DNA of 63,584 nucleotides from an uncultured Clostridia bacterium (lineage in GTDB: Bacteria; Bacillota; Clostridia; TANB77; CAG-508): NCBI GenBank assembly GCA_947626025.1, contig CANQQQ010000003.1, forward strand, positions 1 through 63,584, read 5' to 3'. Under the pieces are notes generated by a model. The model did no database searches and was not told the origin of the DNA. It saw only the letters and a program-made list of their open reading frames with translations. Below, piece after piece: positions 1 to 11,001 of the stretch. Every line of letters starts with the position of its first letter. Position 1 is the first letter of the stretch. The position numbers were made by a program, and so were the translations under genes.

Positions 1-10
1 AAAATCAAAA

Positions 11-32
11 AACGGGAAATAATTTTCCCGTT
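11..32. terminator. Inverted repeat, probable intrinsic terminator of an upstream gene
   Basis: aacgggaaa-taat-tttcccgtt with an A-run on the left. Confidence 0.55.
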
Positions 33-233
33 AATGTTTAAAAATTTTTGCGACATTTTCAAAAACTATTGACATATTTTTTTGAAATTTTTTTCATTTT
101 GTACATTTTTTGTTTGTATATTTATTTTTTTTCTTCTAACAATATTAATAAGTTTTTTTATATTGCAGAAGTTTTATTTCAATATAATAATTCTATAATT
201 AAACTTAATCTGAAAATTGGAGGTATACATTAA

Positions 234-680
234 ATGTTAAAGAAGATTTTAGCAATATTATTAATAATAACAGTTTCATTTTTTATTTGTACTTCTGTTT
301 TTGCTGAAGAAAAAAATATGATGAATGATGCCAAAAATGCAGTTAATGATGTTATGGGTAATGCTCAAAACGCAGTAACTGATGCTGCTGATGGTATAAA
401 AAATGTTACAGGAAATATGGAAAACTCAATGAATCAATCTACAGACAATGCAGACACAAATCAAAATGCTGATACTGAAAACAATACAATGAATAATGGA
501 GCTATGGATAATGAAGCAATGACTGGAGATGCAGATGGATCATATTCAGCTGCTAGAACTACAGCTACAGACACTACTACAACAAACTCTTATTTATGGA
601 TAATCTTAGCAATAGCTGCAGTAGTAGTAATAGGTGCAATATGGTACTATTCTGTAAAAACAACAGACGATGAAAACTAA
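234..680 (+). CDS. Exported low-complexity (N/D/M/T-rich) protein with C-terminal membrane anchor
   Basis: GGAGG RBS; N-terminal signal peptide ending VFA-E; low-complexity middle; C-terminal hydrophobic helix WIILAIAAVVVIGAIWYY. Confidence 0.8.
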   Translation: MLKKILAILLIITVSFFICTSVFAEEKNMMNDAKNAVNDVMGNAQNAVTDAADGIKNVTGNMENSMNQSTDNADTNQNADTENNTMNNGAMDNEAMTGDADGSYSAARTTATDTTTTNSYLWIILAIAAVVVIGAIWYYSVKTTDDEN

Positions 681-703
681 TATTATAAAATTTTTATCGT
701 AAA

Positions 704-751
704 ATTAGCAAAATAATAAAAAGATAATTGTCTTTTTATTATTTTGCTAAT
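704..751. terminator. 21-bp perfect inverted repeat, probable terminator
   Basis: attagcaaaataataaaaaga-taattg-tctttttattattttgctaat just after the 234..680 stop. Confidence 0.6.
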
Positions 752-842
752 ATAACATAATTTTTGTGTAATTTGCTGATTGCTCCTTTTACATATTTAT
801 GATATAATTTGTAATCATTATCCTAAAAAGGAGAAATTAATT

Positions 843-1301
843 ATGTCAGAAACAAAAGTAATTGCAAAGAACCCAATAGCACATCATAATTATATAATAA
901 CAGATACCATAGAGGCTGGAATTGTTCTAACTGGAACAGAAATAAAATCAATTCGAAATGGTAAAGTTAATCTAAAAGAAAGTTATGCAAATATAAAAGA
1001 TGGCGAAGTCTTTATTTATGGAATGCATATTAGTCCATATGAACAAGGCAATATATATAACAAAGATCCTTTACGTGATAGGAAATTATTACTTACAAAA
1101 CATGAAATCTTCCATTTGCTTGGTCTTATTAAACAGCAAAGTTGTTCTTTAATTCCAATAAGTTTATATTTTAAAAACAATATTGTAAAAGTGGAACTTG
1201 GAATTGGAAAAGGTAAAAAATTATATGATAAAAGACAAGATATTGCAAAAAAAGATGCTGAACGAAAAATAAATCAGGCACTAAAACAAAAAATGAGATG
1301 A
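843..1301 (+). CDS. smpB: SsrA-binding protein SmpB
   Basis: EAGIVLTGTEIKSIR, KLLL, GKGKKLYDKR motifs; start moved to ATG 843 after an AGGAG RBS. Confidence 0.97.
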   Translation: MSETKVIAKNPIAHHNYIITDTIEAGIVLTGTEIKSIRNGKVNLKESYANIKDGEVFIYGMHISPYEQGNIYNKDPLRDRKLLLTKHEIFHLLGLIKQQSCSLIPISLYFKNNIVKVELGIGKGKKLYDKRQDIAKKDAERKINQALKQKMR

Positions 1302-1318
1302 CTTAGTCATCCCATTTT
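1290..1318. terminator. Bidirectional terminator between convergent smpB and fba
   Basis: aaaatgagatgac-tta-gtcatcccatttt. Confidence 0.6.
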
Positions 1319-1325
1319 TATTATA

Positions 1326-2255
1326 TTATGCTTTATTAGCTGAACCAAATACATCCTTGATTTTATGTGCAACTGTTTTCTTTATTTCTTCTCTTGCAGG
1401 TTTTAAATATTTTCTTGGATCAAAAGCAGATGGATCTTCTGCAAATGTTTTTCTAATTTGAGCTGTCATTGCAAGTCTTAAATCAGTATCAACATTTATC
1501 TTTGATACTCCTCTTAATCCTGCCTCGTGTAGCATTTCATCAGGGACTCCTTTTGCTCCAGGAATATCTGCTCCATATTTGTTACACATATCTACTAACT
1601 CTGGAATTACTGTTGAAGCTCCATGTAAAACTATCGGTGTATTTGGTAATTTTTCTTTTACTTTTTCTAGTATATCAAATCTTAATTTTGCTTCTCCTTT
1701 AAATTTATATGCCCCATGGCTTGTACCAATTGCTATTGCTAATGAATCGCAACCTGTTCTTTCTACGAACTCTTTAGCTTGATCTGGGTCTGTAAACATT
1801 GCATCACTTGAAGAAACATTAACTTCATCTTCAATTCCTGCTAATTTTCCAAGTTCAGCTTCTACAACAACTCCATGAGCATGTGCATAATCTACAACTT
1901 CTTTAGTTAGTCTAACATTTTCTTCAAAATCATATTTTGAACCATCAAACATTACAGATGTAAAGCCAGCGTCAATACACATTTTACATGTTTCAAAATC
2001 TGGTCCGTGATCTAGGTGAATTGCTATTGGAATATTTGTTGACTCTACTGCTGCTTCTACCATCTTCATCAAATAATTTATTCCTGCATATTTTATTGCA
2101 CTTGAAGAAGCTTGCAAAATAACTGGTGAATTTTGTTCACTAGCAGCTTCTACTATTGCTTGTATAAATTCCATATTATTTACATTAAAAGCACCTATTG
2201 CAAAATGCTCTTTCATTGACTTTTCAAACATTTCCTTCGTTGTAACTAAAGCCAT
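1326..2255 (-). CDS. fba: Class II fructose-1,6-bisphosphate aldolase
   Basis: AIGAFN, HLDHG, VEAELG, IGTSHG, VLHGAS, KINVDTDLR motifs. Confidence 0.95.
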   Translation of the reverse strand: MALVTTKEMFEKSMKEHFAIGAFNVNNMEFIQAIVEAASEQNSPVILQASSSAIKYAGINYLMKMVEAAVESTNIPIAIHLDHGPDFETCKMCIDAGFTSVMFDGSKYDFEENVRLTKEVVDYAHAHGVVVEAELGKLAGIEDEVNVSSSDAMFTDPDQAKEFVERTGCDSLAIAIGTSHGAYKFKGEAKLRFDILEKVKEKLPNTPIVLHGASTVIPELVDMCNKYGADIPGAKGVPDEMLHEAGLRGVSKINVDTDLRLAMTAQIRKTFAEDPSAFDPRKYLKPAREEIKKTVAHKIKDVFGSANKA

Positions 2256-2291
2256 ATATCATCATTCCTTTCTGGCACATTTTTCTTTCTT

Positions 2292-2319
2292 ATTATATCA
2301 TTATCTTTTATTTTGTCAA
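2292..2319 (-). promoter_or_regulatory. Sigma-A-type promoter for fba
   Basis: TTGACA-16 nt-TATAAT with TG extension on the minus strand. Confidence 0.6.
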
Positions 2320-2334
2320 TGTTAAAATTATATA

Positions 2335-3450
2335 TTATTTAATGCATTCATCTAATTTTTCTATGATTGCTTTCTTATCCATATTTTGTCCTATAAAAAC
2401 TAATTTTACCATTCTATCACCAATCTTTTCATCCCAATCTCTTTCTAAATCAGCATGTTCTTTTCTTAGTAAATCTATTTCTTCTTTAGGAAATGTAGCA
2501 ATCCATTCTCCGCCTTCATAAACACCTTTTTGCTTTCCTGCTTGTTCGAATACATATGACATCTCGTTATCACTGCTAAACCAAACAATACCTTTGCATC
2601 TTATTATACTTTTAGGGAAGTTGTCCATAAATTTCTCAAATTTTGCTTCATCAAAAGGTTGTCTACGGCAATATACAAATGTTCCAATTCCATATTCCTC
2701 TGTTTCTCCTTCTTCCTCTTCTTCAGGTTTATCTAATTCTTGTGCCCATCCTGCAGACATAGCAGCCTCTTCAAAATTAAATGCATTTGTATCCATAACT
2801 TCTTTGATATCCACTTTAGAATAATTTGTTTCTATTATTTTTGCACTAGGTTGTAATTTTCTAATAACTGCTTTGACTTTTTCAAGTTCTTCTTTAGATA
2901 GTTCATCTACTTTGTTTAAAATTAATGTATTGCAGAATTCAATTTGTTGGATTAAAAGATTTTCGATATCTTCATCGTCTATTTCTTCCTTTTCTAATTC
3001 TTCTCCACAATTAAATTCATCTCTTAATCTTAAAGCATCAACAACTGATACAACATTATCAAGTCTACAAATCTTAGGTAATCCGTATTGTTCTGTTGAA
3101 TCTTGTAAAACTGTAATAGTTTGAGCTATTGGAATAGGTTCACAAATTCCACTTGCTTCAATTAGTATGTAATCAAAATTTCCTGTTTTTATTAAATCAA
3201 CTATCTGTTGCATTAAATCTACTTTTAAAGTACAACATATACAACCATTTTGAAGTGGAACCAAGCTGTCATTAGTTTCAGTAACTACTCCTCCTTTTCC
3301 AATTAGAGATGCATCTATATTAACTTCTCCTATATCATTAACTATAACAGCAACTTTATAACCCTGTTGATTATTTAAAATGTGATTTATAAGAGTAGTT
3401 TTTCCTGCTCCTAAATATCCTGTTAACAAAGTTATTGGTACAATTTTCAT
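2335..3450 (-). CDS. COG0523 (CobW/P47K family) G3E GTPase, probable metallochaperone
   Basis: GYLGAGKTT P-loop, GCICC motif, IEASG, NKVD; CobW C-terminal domain (IRCKG..W). Confidence 0.92.
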   Translation of the reverse strand: MKIVPITLLTGYLGAGKTTLINHILNNQQGYKVAVIVNDIGEVNIDASLIGKGGVVTETNDSLVPLQNGCICCTLKVDLMQQIVDLIKTGNFDYILIEASGICEPIPIAQTITVLQDSTEQYGLPKICRLDNVVSVVDALRLRDEFNCGEELEKEEIDDEDIENLLIQQIEFCNTLILNKVDELSKEELEKVKAVIRKLQPSAKIIETNYSKVDIKEVMDTNAFNFEEAAMSAGWAQELDKPEEEEEGETEEYGIGTFVYCRRQPFDEAKFEKFMDNFPKSIIRCKGIVWFSSDNEMSYVFEQAGKQKGVYEGGEWIATFPKEEIDLLRKEHADLERDWDEKIGDRMVKLVFIGQNMDKKAIIEKLDECIK

Positions 3451-3517
3451 TATTTATCATTCCTTTCTTATTTATTACAATTAATAATTATATCATATAC
3501 TGTCAAGACTTTATAAT

Positions 3518-4267
3518 TTACCCTTTTGTTTTTCTCTTTTGCATATGATATGCGAATTTAGATAAAATTACAGTGGGAGTTATCTTCGAAAAAGCTTTTG
3601 CAAGTTTTATCATATTGCCTGGTACTATATAAAATTTATTTTTTAACATCTTATTTACTGCATATTTTGCTACGTATTCACTTGTTAAAGAATTTATTTC
3701 AAATTTTACATTTGCTACATTATTAAAATTAGTTTTTACTGGTCCAGGACAAAGTAAGCTTATTTTTACTTTTGATTTTTGCTTATTTAATTCTTCTCTT
3801 ATTGCTTCTGATAGCCTCACTACATAAGCTTTTGAAGCATAGTATGTTGCCATTAATGGTCCTGGCATAAATCCTGCTATTGATGCTACATTTAAAATTC
3901 TTCCACTATTTTTTTCTGTCATATCTTTTAAATATAATTTTGTTAATATATGAAGAGCTGTTATGTTAGTTTTAATCATAGCCAACTCTTTTTCCATATC
4001 TGTTTCTATGAATTTACCAAATTCTCCAAATCCTGCATTATTCACTAATATGTCTATATCGTTTGCTCTCTCATGTAACTTTTTACAATTCTCCTCACTT
4101 GCTAAGTCCATTCCTATTATTTCTACATTTCCTTGTAAAGTAGACTTTAATTCATCTAGTTTCTCTGTGCTTCTCGCTACAATTACTAAGTCATATCCTC
4201 TTTTAGATAATTCTCTTGCAATATCTCTCCCTATTCCGGAAGAAGCGCCTGTTACTAGTGCTCTCAC
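3518..4267 (-). CDS. Short-chain dehydrogenase/reductase
   Basis: TGASSGIG, NNAG, YYASK catalytic motif; GTG start. Confidence 0.93.
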   Translation of the reverse strand: MRALVTGASSGIGRDIARELSKRGYDLVIVARSTEKLDELKSTLQGNVEIIGMDLASEENCKKLHERANDIDILVNNAGFGEFGKFIETDMEKELAMIKTNITALHILTKLYLKDMTEKNSGRILNVASIAGFMPGPLMATYYASKAYVVRLSEAIREELNKQKSKVKISLLCPGPVKTNFNNVANVKFEINSLTSEYVAKYAVNKMLKNKFYIVPGNMIKLAKAFSKITPTVILSKFAYHMQKRKTKG

Positions 4268-4289
4268 CTGTTACCCTCCTTGTTAAAAT

Positions 4290-4341
4290 GATAAGGCAGA
4301 CATATTTGTAGATATTATTTACTACCTTTTGTCTGCCTTAT
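4290..4341. terminator. Stem-loop between ileS and the SDR gene
   Basis: 12-bp arms ataaggcagaca / tgtctgccttat. Confidence 0.5.
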
Positions 4342-4351
4342 ATTAATAGAA

Positions 4352-7300
4352 TTATTTTACTACTTCAACATCTATATTGATTTTCTCTCCATTTATATTA
4401 CATTCTATATACTCTTTTCTTTCTGCATTTAATACAATCTCTATTGTTAGAGTTTCTTTTTTGATTATCTCTTTATTCTTTTCTATAATCTCTTGTAAAT
4501 TTTTATTTCCATTTACATATAGCGTAATTCTATCTAATACTTCAAAACCTTTATCTTTTCTCATATTTTGAACTTTAGATATTATTTCTCTTACATAACC
4601 TTCTTCTTTCAAGTCTTCTGTTATTGTTGTATCTAATACTACTCCTAATGTTCCTGTTCCTGCAAATGCGAACCCATCTATTCCTTGCATTGTTACAATT
4701 AAGTTATCTGCATTTAGCTCTATTTCTGTATCTCCTATATTTGCTACCACTGATTCTCCATTTTTTATTTTCGTAGCAAGTTGCATTTGATTTTGAGAAT
4801 TAATAAACTTTTTGATTTCAGGAATTAATTTTCCATAAGTCTTTCCTAAAACTGGTAAATTAGGCATTATACTGAAATTTACATATTGTGATAAATCTGC
4901 TCCAAGAACTACCTTTTTAATATTTAACTCATCTTTTATAATGTCTCCATAATAATCAGGAATTGCTTTTTCTGATATCAACATTTCTGAAAGCGGTTGT
5001 CTATTCTTGATATTAGCAGAATTTCTTGCGCTTCTTCCTAATTTTACTAGATTATATGCTAATTCCATCTCTTCTTCTAGTTTTGTATCAACTTCTTCTT
5101 TATGATATTCTGGCCACATATTTAAGTGAATACTTTCTTTTGCATTTGCATCAAGTGATACTACTAAATTTTGATATATATTTTCTGTTATGAAAGGTAC
5201 AAATGGTGCTGCTACTTGGCATAATGTTACTAATACTCTATATAAAGTAACAAATGCTCCTAGCTTATCATCTGTTAAAGCATTAGCCCAAAATCTACTT
5301 CTATTTCTTCTTACATACCAATTTGAAAGTTCATCTGTAAAGTTCTCAATCTCTAAAGCAGCTCCTGTTATGTCATAGGCTTCTAGTTTTTCATCTACTG
5401 TCTTTATTAAAGTATTTAATTTTGAAATTATCCATTTATCCATTACATTTTTTGATATAAATCCCTTATAATCTAATGGATTAATTTTGTCTATCTCTGC
5501 ATATAATACATAAAATGAGTATACATTCCATAATGTTCCTAAAAATCTCCTTGATGTTTCTCCAACGTCTTCCTTAGAAAATCTTGTTGGTAACCATGGA
5601 GCACTTGAAGTATAGAAATGCCATCTTGTAGCATCTGCACCTTCCCCATCCATAACTTCAAAAGGATCTACTACATTTCCTTTTGACTTAGACATTTTTA
5701 ATCCTTTTTTATCTAGGACATGTCCTAATACTATACAATTTTCAAATGGTGATTTTCCAAATACTGCTGTTGATACAGCAAGTAATGTATAAAACCATCC
5801 TCTTGTTTGATCTACTGCTTCTGATATAAATTGTGCAGGAAAGTTCTTTTCAAATAATTCTTTATTTTCAAATGGATAATGAAGTTGTGCAAAAGGCATT
5901 GAACCTGAATCAAACCAGCAATCCATAACTTCTTTTACTCTTGTCATTTCTTTTCCACACTTTGGACATTTTAAATGTACATCATCTATATATGGTTTAT
6001 GTAGTTCGATATCATCTGGTACATTTATTCCTTTTTCTCTTAATTCTGCTATACTTCCTATACATTCTTCATGTCCGCATTCGCATTGCCATATTGGAAG
6101 TGGAGTTCCCCAATATCTATCTCTTGAAATACACCAGTCTATAACATTTTCTACGAATTTTCCAAATCTTCCAGTTCTTATTGTATCTGGATACCAATGA
6201 ATCTTATTATTATTCTCAATAAGTTCATTTTTTAATTTGGTCATTGCTACAAACCAACTCTCTTTTGGATAATATAATAATGGGGTATCACATCTCCAAC
6301 AATGTGGATATGAATGCATATGTCTTTCTGCTTTAAATAATTGATTCATATTTTTTAAATATTCTACTATGCTTTCATTGCATTTTCTAACATTTTTTCC
6401 AGCCCATGGAGTAACTTCATCTACGAAATTTCCTTCTTTATCTACAAGATTAATAAATGTAATTCCATTTTGTTTTGCAACAAAGCTATCATCCTCTCCA
6501 TAAGCAGGTGCTATATGAACTATTCCAGTACCTTCTGATAGACTTACGTAATCTCCATGTATTACTTCAAAAGCTTTTCCTTCTACTTTTGCAAATGGTA
6601 ATAGTTGTTCATATTTTGTTCCTAGTAATTCTTCTCCTTTAAACTCTTTTATAATGTCATATTTTCCTTCACCTAATATTGTATCACATAAATCTTTCGC
6701 CAATATGTATACTTCTTGTGGTTTCATATTGCATTTTTCATCTACTTCGATATTATCTTTTAGTTTAGCTTCTACATATTCAAAGTTTTTATTTACACAT
6801 AATGCTAAGTTAGAAGGTAATGTCCATGGAGTCGTTGTCCATGCTAATATATATTTATTCTTATCTACTTTAAACTTTGCAATACAAGTCAAATCATTTA
6901 CATCTTTATATCCTTGGGCAACTTCATGTGAAGATAATGCTGTACCACATCTTGGGCAATATGGCATAACTTTATGACCTTGATATATTAAATTTTTATC
7001 CCACATTTGTTTTACTGCCCACCAAATAGATTCTATGTATTCATTATGATATGTTATATAAGGATTTTCCATATCAACCCAATACCCTATTTGGTCTGTC
7101 ATTTTCTCCCAAAGTGAGACATAATTGAAAACACTAGATTTACAATCTTTAATAAATTTTTCTACACCATATTCTTCGATTTGAGCTTTTCCAGAAATAC
7201 CAAGTTTTTTTTCTATTTCTAGTTCTACTGGCAATCCCTGTGTGTCCCATCCTGCTTTACGAATTACTTGATATCCTTTCATTACTTTATATCTTGGAAT

Positions 7301-7501
7301 AATATCCTTCATAACCCTTGTTAAGATATGCCCAACATGTGGTTTACCATTTGCTGTTGGAGGACCATCATAAAAAGTAAAATATTGTCCATCTCCATTT
7401 AGTTTAAAATTTTTATTAATTATGTCTTTTTCTTTCCACATATTTAGAACTTCTTTTTCCATTCCAGGAAATCCATTTTGTAATTCAACTTTTTTATACA
7501 T
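4352..7501 (-). CDS. ileS: Isoleucyl-tRNA synthetase, type 2 (long C-terminal form)
   Basis: [44 protein letters not shown]; 1049 aa. Confidence 0.96.
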   Translation of the reverse strand: MYKKVELQNGFPGMEKEVLNMWKEKDIINKNFKLNGDGQYFTFYDGPPTANGKPHVGHILTRVMKDIIPRYKVMKGYQVIRKAGWDTQGLPVELEIEKKLGISGKAQIEEYGVEKFIKDCKSSVFNYVSLWEKMTDQIGYWVDMENPYITYHNEYIESIWWAVKQMWDKNLIYQGHKVMPYCPRCGTALSSHEVAQGYKDVNDLTCIAKFKVDKNKYILAWTTTPWTLPSNLALCVNKNFEYVEAKLKDNIEVDEKCNMKPQEVYILAKDLCDTILGEGKYDIIKEFKGEELLGTKYEQLLPFAKVEGKAFEVIHGDYVSLSEGTGIVHIAPAYGEDDSFVAKQNGITFINLVDKEGNFVDEVTPWAGKNVRKCNESIVEYLKNMNQLFKAERHMHSYPHCWRCDTPLLYYPKESWFVAMTKLKNELIENNNKIHWYPDTIRTGRFGKFVENVIDWCISRDRYWGTPLPIWQCECGHEECIGSIAELREKGINVPDDIELHKPYIDDVHLKCPKCGKEMTRVKEVMDCWFDSGSMPFAQLHYPFENKELFEKNFPAQFISEAVDQTRGWFYTLLAVSTAVFGKSPFENCIVLGHVLDKKGLKMSKSKGNVVDPFEVMDGEGADATRWHFYTSSAPWLPTRFSKEDVGETSRRFLGTLWNVYSFYVLYAEIDKINPLDYKGFISKNVMDKWIISKLNTLIKTVDEKLEAYDITGAALEIENFTDELSNWYVRRNRSRFWANALTDDKLGAFVTLYRVLVTLCQVAAPFVPFITENIYQNLVVSLDANAKESIHLNMWPEYHKEEVDTKLEEEMELAYNLVKLGRSARNSANIKNRQPLSEMLISEKAIPDYYGDIIKDELNIKKVVLGADLSQYVNFSIMPNLPVLGKTYGKLIPEIKKFINSQNQMQLATKIKNGESVVANIGDTEIELNADNLIVTMQGIDGFAFAGTGTLGVVLDTTITEDLKEEGYVREIISKVQNMRKDKGFEVLDRITLYVNGNKNLQEIIEKNKEIIKKETLTIEIVLNAERKEYIECNINGEKINIDVEVVK

Positions 7502-7526
7502 TTATATTGCCCCCTTTACTAAACTT

Positions 7527-8843
7527 TTAAGCGCTTTGTTTTTTATCTTTTTCTACCAAATTTTTCTTTTTATTTTTGCTTTTATTTTTCTTCTCTTTAT
7601 TTTCATTTATAACTAATTTAGGCTGTTCATTATTTAAAACAGTTTCCTTAGTTATAATGCATTTTTCAATTTTCTTATTTGAAGGAACATCAAACATAAT
7701 ATCTCTCATTATCTCTTCTATAATTGAGCGAAGTCCTCTTGCTCCTGTGTTTCTTTCTATTGCTTTTGTTACAATAGCTTGCAATGCTTCTTCTTCAAAT
7801 TCTAGTTCTACACCATCTAATTCTAATAGTTTCTTATATTGTTTTACTAAAGCATTTTTTGGTTCTGTTACTATCTTAATAAGCGCTTCTTTATCTAACT
7901 CTCTTAATGTAGTTACAATAGGTAACCTTCCAACAAATTCAGGAATTAATCCAAATTTTAATAAATCTTGAGGTAAAAGTTCCTCATATACTTTATATTT
8001 ATCTACTTCTTGTTTACTGTCTTTTTCTTGACCAAAGCCTATTAATTTTTTACCAATTCTTTCATTAATAATTTTGTCTAGTCCCTCAAAAGCCCCTCCA
8101 CAGATAAATAAAATATTCTCTGTATTTATTTGAATTAATTCTTGGTGAGGATGTTTTCTACCTCCTTGTGGTGGAACTGATGCAACCGTTCCTTCAATAA
8201 TTTTTAATAGTGATTGTTGAACACCTTCTCCACTTACATCTCTTGTAATTGAAGGATTTTCTGATTTTCTAGTTATTTTATCTATTTCATCAATATAAAC
8301 GATTCCTTGCTCTGCCTTTTCTACGTCATAATCTGCTGACTGAATTAATTTTAATAAAATGTTTTCGACATCTTCTCCTACATAACCAGCTTCTGTCAAA
8401 GTTGTTGCATCTGCTATTGCAAATGGAACATTTAAAATTTTAGCTAAAGTTTGTGCTAATAATGTTTTTCCACATCCTGTAGGTCCTAGCAATAATACAT
8501 TACTCTTTTGAATTTCTACGTCATCAATATCTTCTTGATTTTTTATTCTTTTATAATGATTATAAACTGCTACTGCTAAAGTCTTCTTTGCATCCTCTTG
8601 ACCAATAACATAATCATCCAAAATATTTTTTATTTCTTGAGGACTTGGTAGTTCTTTTTCATCTTCCTCAATTTTGTATTGCATATCGTCAAATTCTAAA
8701 TCATCTTCGTCTAATATATTTCTACATACACCTATGCACTCATCACATATATATACTCCTGGTCCTGCTATAATTCTCTTTACTCCTGTTTGTGGTTTTC
8801 CACAAAACGAACATTTTATATTTTTCTCTTTACTCTTTGGCAT
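7527..8843 (-). CDS. clpX: ATP-dependent Clp protease ATPase ClpX
   Basis: N-terminal C4 zinc domain, [30 protein letters not shown] loop. Confidence 0.98.
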   Translation of the reverse strand: MPKSKEKNIKCSFCGKPQTGVKRIIAGPGVYICDECIGVCRNILDEDDLEFDDMQYKIEEDEKELPSPQEIKNILDDYVIGQEDAKKTLAVAVYNHYKRIKNQEDIDDVEIQKSNVLLLGPTGCGKTLLAQTLAKILNVPFAIADATTLTEAGYVGEDVENILLKLIQSADYDVEKAEQGIVYIDEIDKITRKSENPSITRDVSGEGVQQSLLKIIEGTVASVPPQGGRKHPHQELIQINTENILFICGGAFEGLDKIINERIGKKLIGFGQEKDSKQEVDKYKVYEELLPQDLLKFGLIPEFVGRLPIVTTLRELDKEALIKIVTEPKNALVKQYKKLLELDGVELEFEEEALQAIVTKAIERNTGARGLRSIIEEIMRDIMFDVPSNKKIEKCIITKETVLNNEQPKLVINENKEKKNKSKNKKKNLVEKDKKQSA

Positions 8844-8997
8844 TAACGTGCCTCCTATTTATTATATTTTATTATTGTTTCTTTTGGTTTCATTTTTATA
8901 CTCTATTCTTTTGTTTTTCTTCTTTTACTTTGTAAATTGCATCACAAGGTCGGATGTCTAATAATTTTGACTCCCGACCTTTTAAAAAAATTTGTTA

Positions 8998-9606
8998 CTA
9001 TTGTTGTCTTTCCATTATTCCATCTATTAGTCCATATTTTAAAGCTTCCTCTGCTGTCATATAATTATCTCTTTCCGTATCTCTGTTAATTACATCTAAT
9101 GGTTGACCTGTTCTTTCACTTAATATTTTATTTAATTTTTCTCTAGTCTTTACCATATGATCTGCATGTATTTTTATTTCTGTTGTTTGACCTTGTATTC
9201 CTCCACCCATTATTAATGGTTGATGTATCAAAATTTCTGAATTTGGTGTAGCATAACGTTTTCCCTTTGTTCCTGAAGCTAATAATACTGCTCCCATACT
9301 CGCTGCCATTCCAATACATATTGTTGATACAGGACATTTTATATAATTGATTGTATCATATATAGCCATACCTGCTGTTATTGAACCTCCAGGGCTATTT
9401 ATGTATAAGTAAATTTCCTTATCTGGATCTTCTGCCTCTAAAAATAATAGTTCTGCAACTATAACATTTGCACTTGATTGGTCAACTTCCTCTCCTAGAA
9501 ATATTATCCTATCTTTTAATAATCTTGAATATATATCATATGATCTTTCACCTTTATTTGTTTGCTCAATTACATATGGTATTAATGTATTTTTTTCATC
9601 TAACAT
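8998..9606 (-). CDS. clpP: Clp protease proteolytic subunit
   Basis: [26 protein letters not shown]. Confidence 0.98.
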   Translation of the reverse strand: MLDEKNTLIPYVIEQTNKGERSYDIYSRLLKDRIIFLGEEVDQSSANVIVAELLFLEAEDPDKEIYLYINSPGGSITAGMAIYDTINYIKCPVSTICIGMAASMGAVLLASGTKGKRYATPNSEILIHQPLIMGGGIQGQTTEIKIHADHMVKTREKLNKILSERTGQPLDVINRDTERDNYMTAEEALKYGLIDGIMERQQ

Positions 9607-9628
9607 TAGTTTTCCTCCTTATATTTAG

Positions 9629-10912
9629 TTATTTTACTTTTGCATTATCAATAATGAATTTAACAACTTTTTCATTAACTATAAAACTTTTAACATAATT
9701 CATAAATTGTTCATTTTTCTTTAATTCATCTGGTGTCTTTCCATAAGTTCCTGCCATTTCTGTAACTTTTGTATTAACAGCATCATCATCTGCTTCAATT
9801 TTTTCTTCTTTTACTATTGCTTCTAAGACTAATCTATTTTTTACTGACATTTTAGCCTGTTCTTCATTGTCTTTTCTAAATTCTTCCATTGTTTTTCCTA
9901 CCATTTTTAAGTAGTTATCTAAAGTCATCCCTTGATATTGTAATCTTGTTTTTACATCGTTTACCATGTTGTCTATCTCTGTTTCAATCATTCCTGATGG
10001 GATATCAACTTCTGAAGCATCACATACTGTTTTTATTGCTTCGTCTTCTGTCTCATATTTTGCTCTATTAGAGTTTTCATTTTCTAGTTTTTCCTTAATA
10101 CTTGCCTTTAATTCTTTTAACGTGTCAAATTCACTTGTATCTTTTGCAAATTCATCATTTATTTCTGGCATTTCCTTCTTTTTTATTTCATGCACTTTAA
10201 CCTTAAATGTTGCATCTTTTCCTTTTAATTCTTCTGAAAAATATTCTTCTGGGAATTTAACATTTACGTCTTTTTCTTCATTTACATTCATTCCAACCAT
10301 TTGATCTTCAAATCCTGGAATAAAAGTATTGCTTCCTATTTCTAGTTCATATCCCTCAGCTTTTCCACCTTCGAAAGGTTTACCATCAACAAATCCCTCA
10401 AAATCCATAACAACTGTGTCTTTGTTTTCAACTGGTCTATCTTCTACAGCAACTAGTCTTGAATTTCTTTCTGCCATTGCATTTAATTCTTTGTTAATAT
10501 CTTCATCAGATACATTGTACTCTATTTTCTTTAATTCTATTCCTTTATACTTTCCTAGTTTTACTTCAGGTTTTGTTTGAATAATTGCTGTAAAAATCAA
10601 ATCTTTTCCCTTTTCCATTTGCTTAACTTCGATTTCTGGCTTACTAACAGCTTCAATTTTGTTATTTTCTAATTCCTCCTCAAATATTGGTGGAACTACT
10701 TCATTAAAAGCATCTTCATAGAATATTTCTGTCCCATATATTTTTTCAGCCATTTCAAATGGAGCTTTTCCCTTTCTAAATCCTGGTATATTAAAATATT
10801 TCGCACTCTTTGCATATACTGTTTTTATTGCTTTATCAAATTTTTCTGCTTCTATTGTAAATTCTAATTTTAATTCATTTGCATTTTCTGTTTTTTCAAA
10901 TTTCATGCTCAT
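9629..10912 (-). CDS. tig: Trigger factor
   Basis: GFRKGKAP ribosome-binding motif, FKBP domain (FIPGFEDQ). Confidence 0.97.
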   Translation of the reverse strand: MSMKFEKTENANELKLEFTIEAEKFDKAIKTVYAKSAKYFNIPGFRKGKAPFEMAEKIYGTEIFYEDAFNEVVPPIFEEELENNKIEAVSKPEIEVKQMEKGKDLIFTAIIQTKPEVKLGKYKGIELKKIEYNVSDEDINKELNAMAERNSRLVAVEDRPVENKDTVVMDFEGFVDGKPFEGGKAEGYELEIGSNTFIPGFEDQMVGMNVNEEKDVNVKFPEEYFSEELKGKDATFKVKVHEIKKKEMPEINDEFAKDTSEFDTLKELKASIKEKLENENSNRAKYETEDEAIKTVCDASEVDIPSGMIETEIDNMVNDVKTRLQYQGMTLDNYLKMVGKTMEEFRKDNEEQAKMSVKNRLVLEAIVKEEKIEADDDAVNTKVTEMAGTYGKTPDELKKNEQFMNYVKSFIVNEKVVKFIIDNAKVK

Positions 10913-10956
10913 TTTTTTTGATCTTCCTCTCTACTTAATATAATTTCAATGCTAAT

Positions 10957-10985
10957 ATTATACCTAGTTTTTTAAGCTGTGTCAA
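10957..10985 (-). promoter_or_regulatory. Consensus sigma-A promoter for tig(-clpP-clpX-ileS)
   Basis: TTGACA-17 nt-TATAAT on the minus strand. Confidence 0.8.
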
Positions 10986-11001
10986 TATATATAATGCAAA
11001 A

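Noticed and set aside
48-233. 61-aa F/Y/I-rich ORF in the track
   Set aside because: No RBS; composition reflects the AT-rich promoter region of the next gene.
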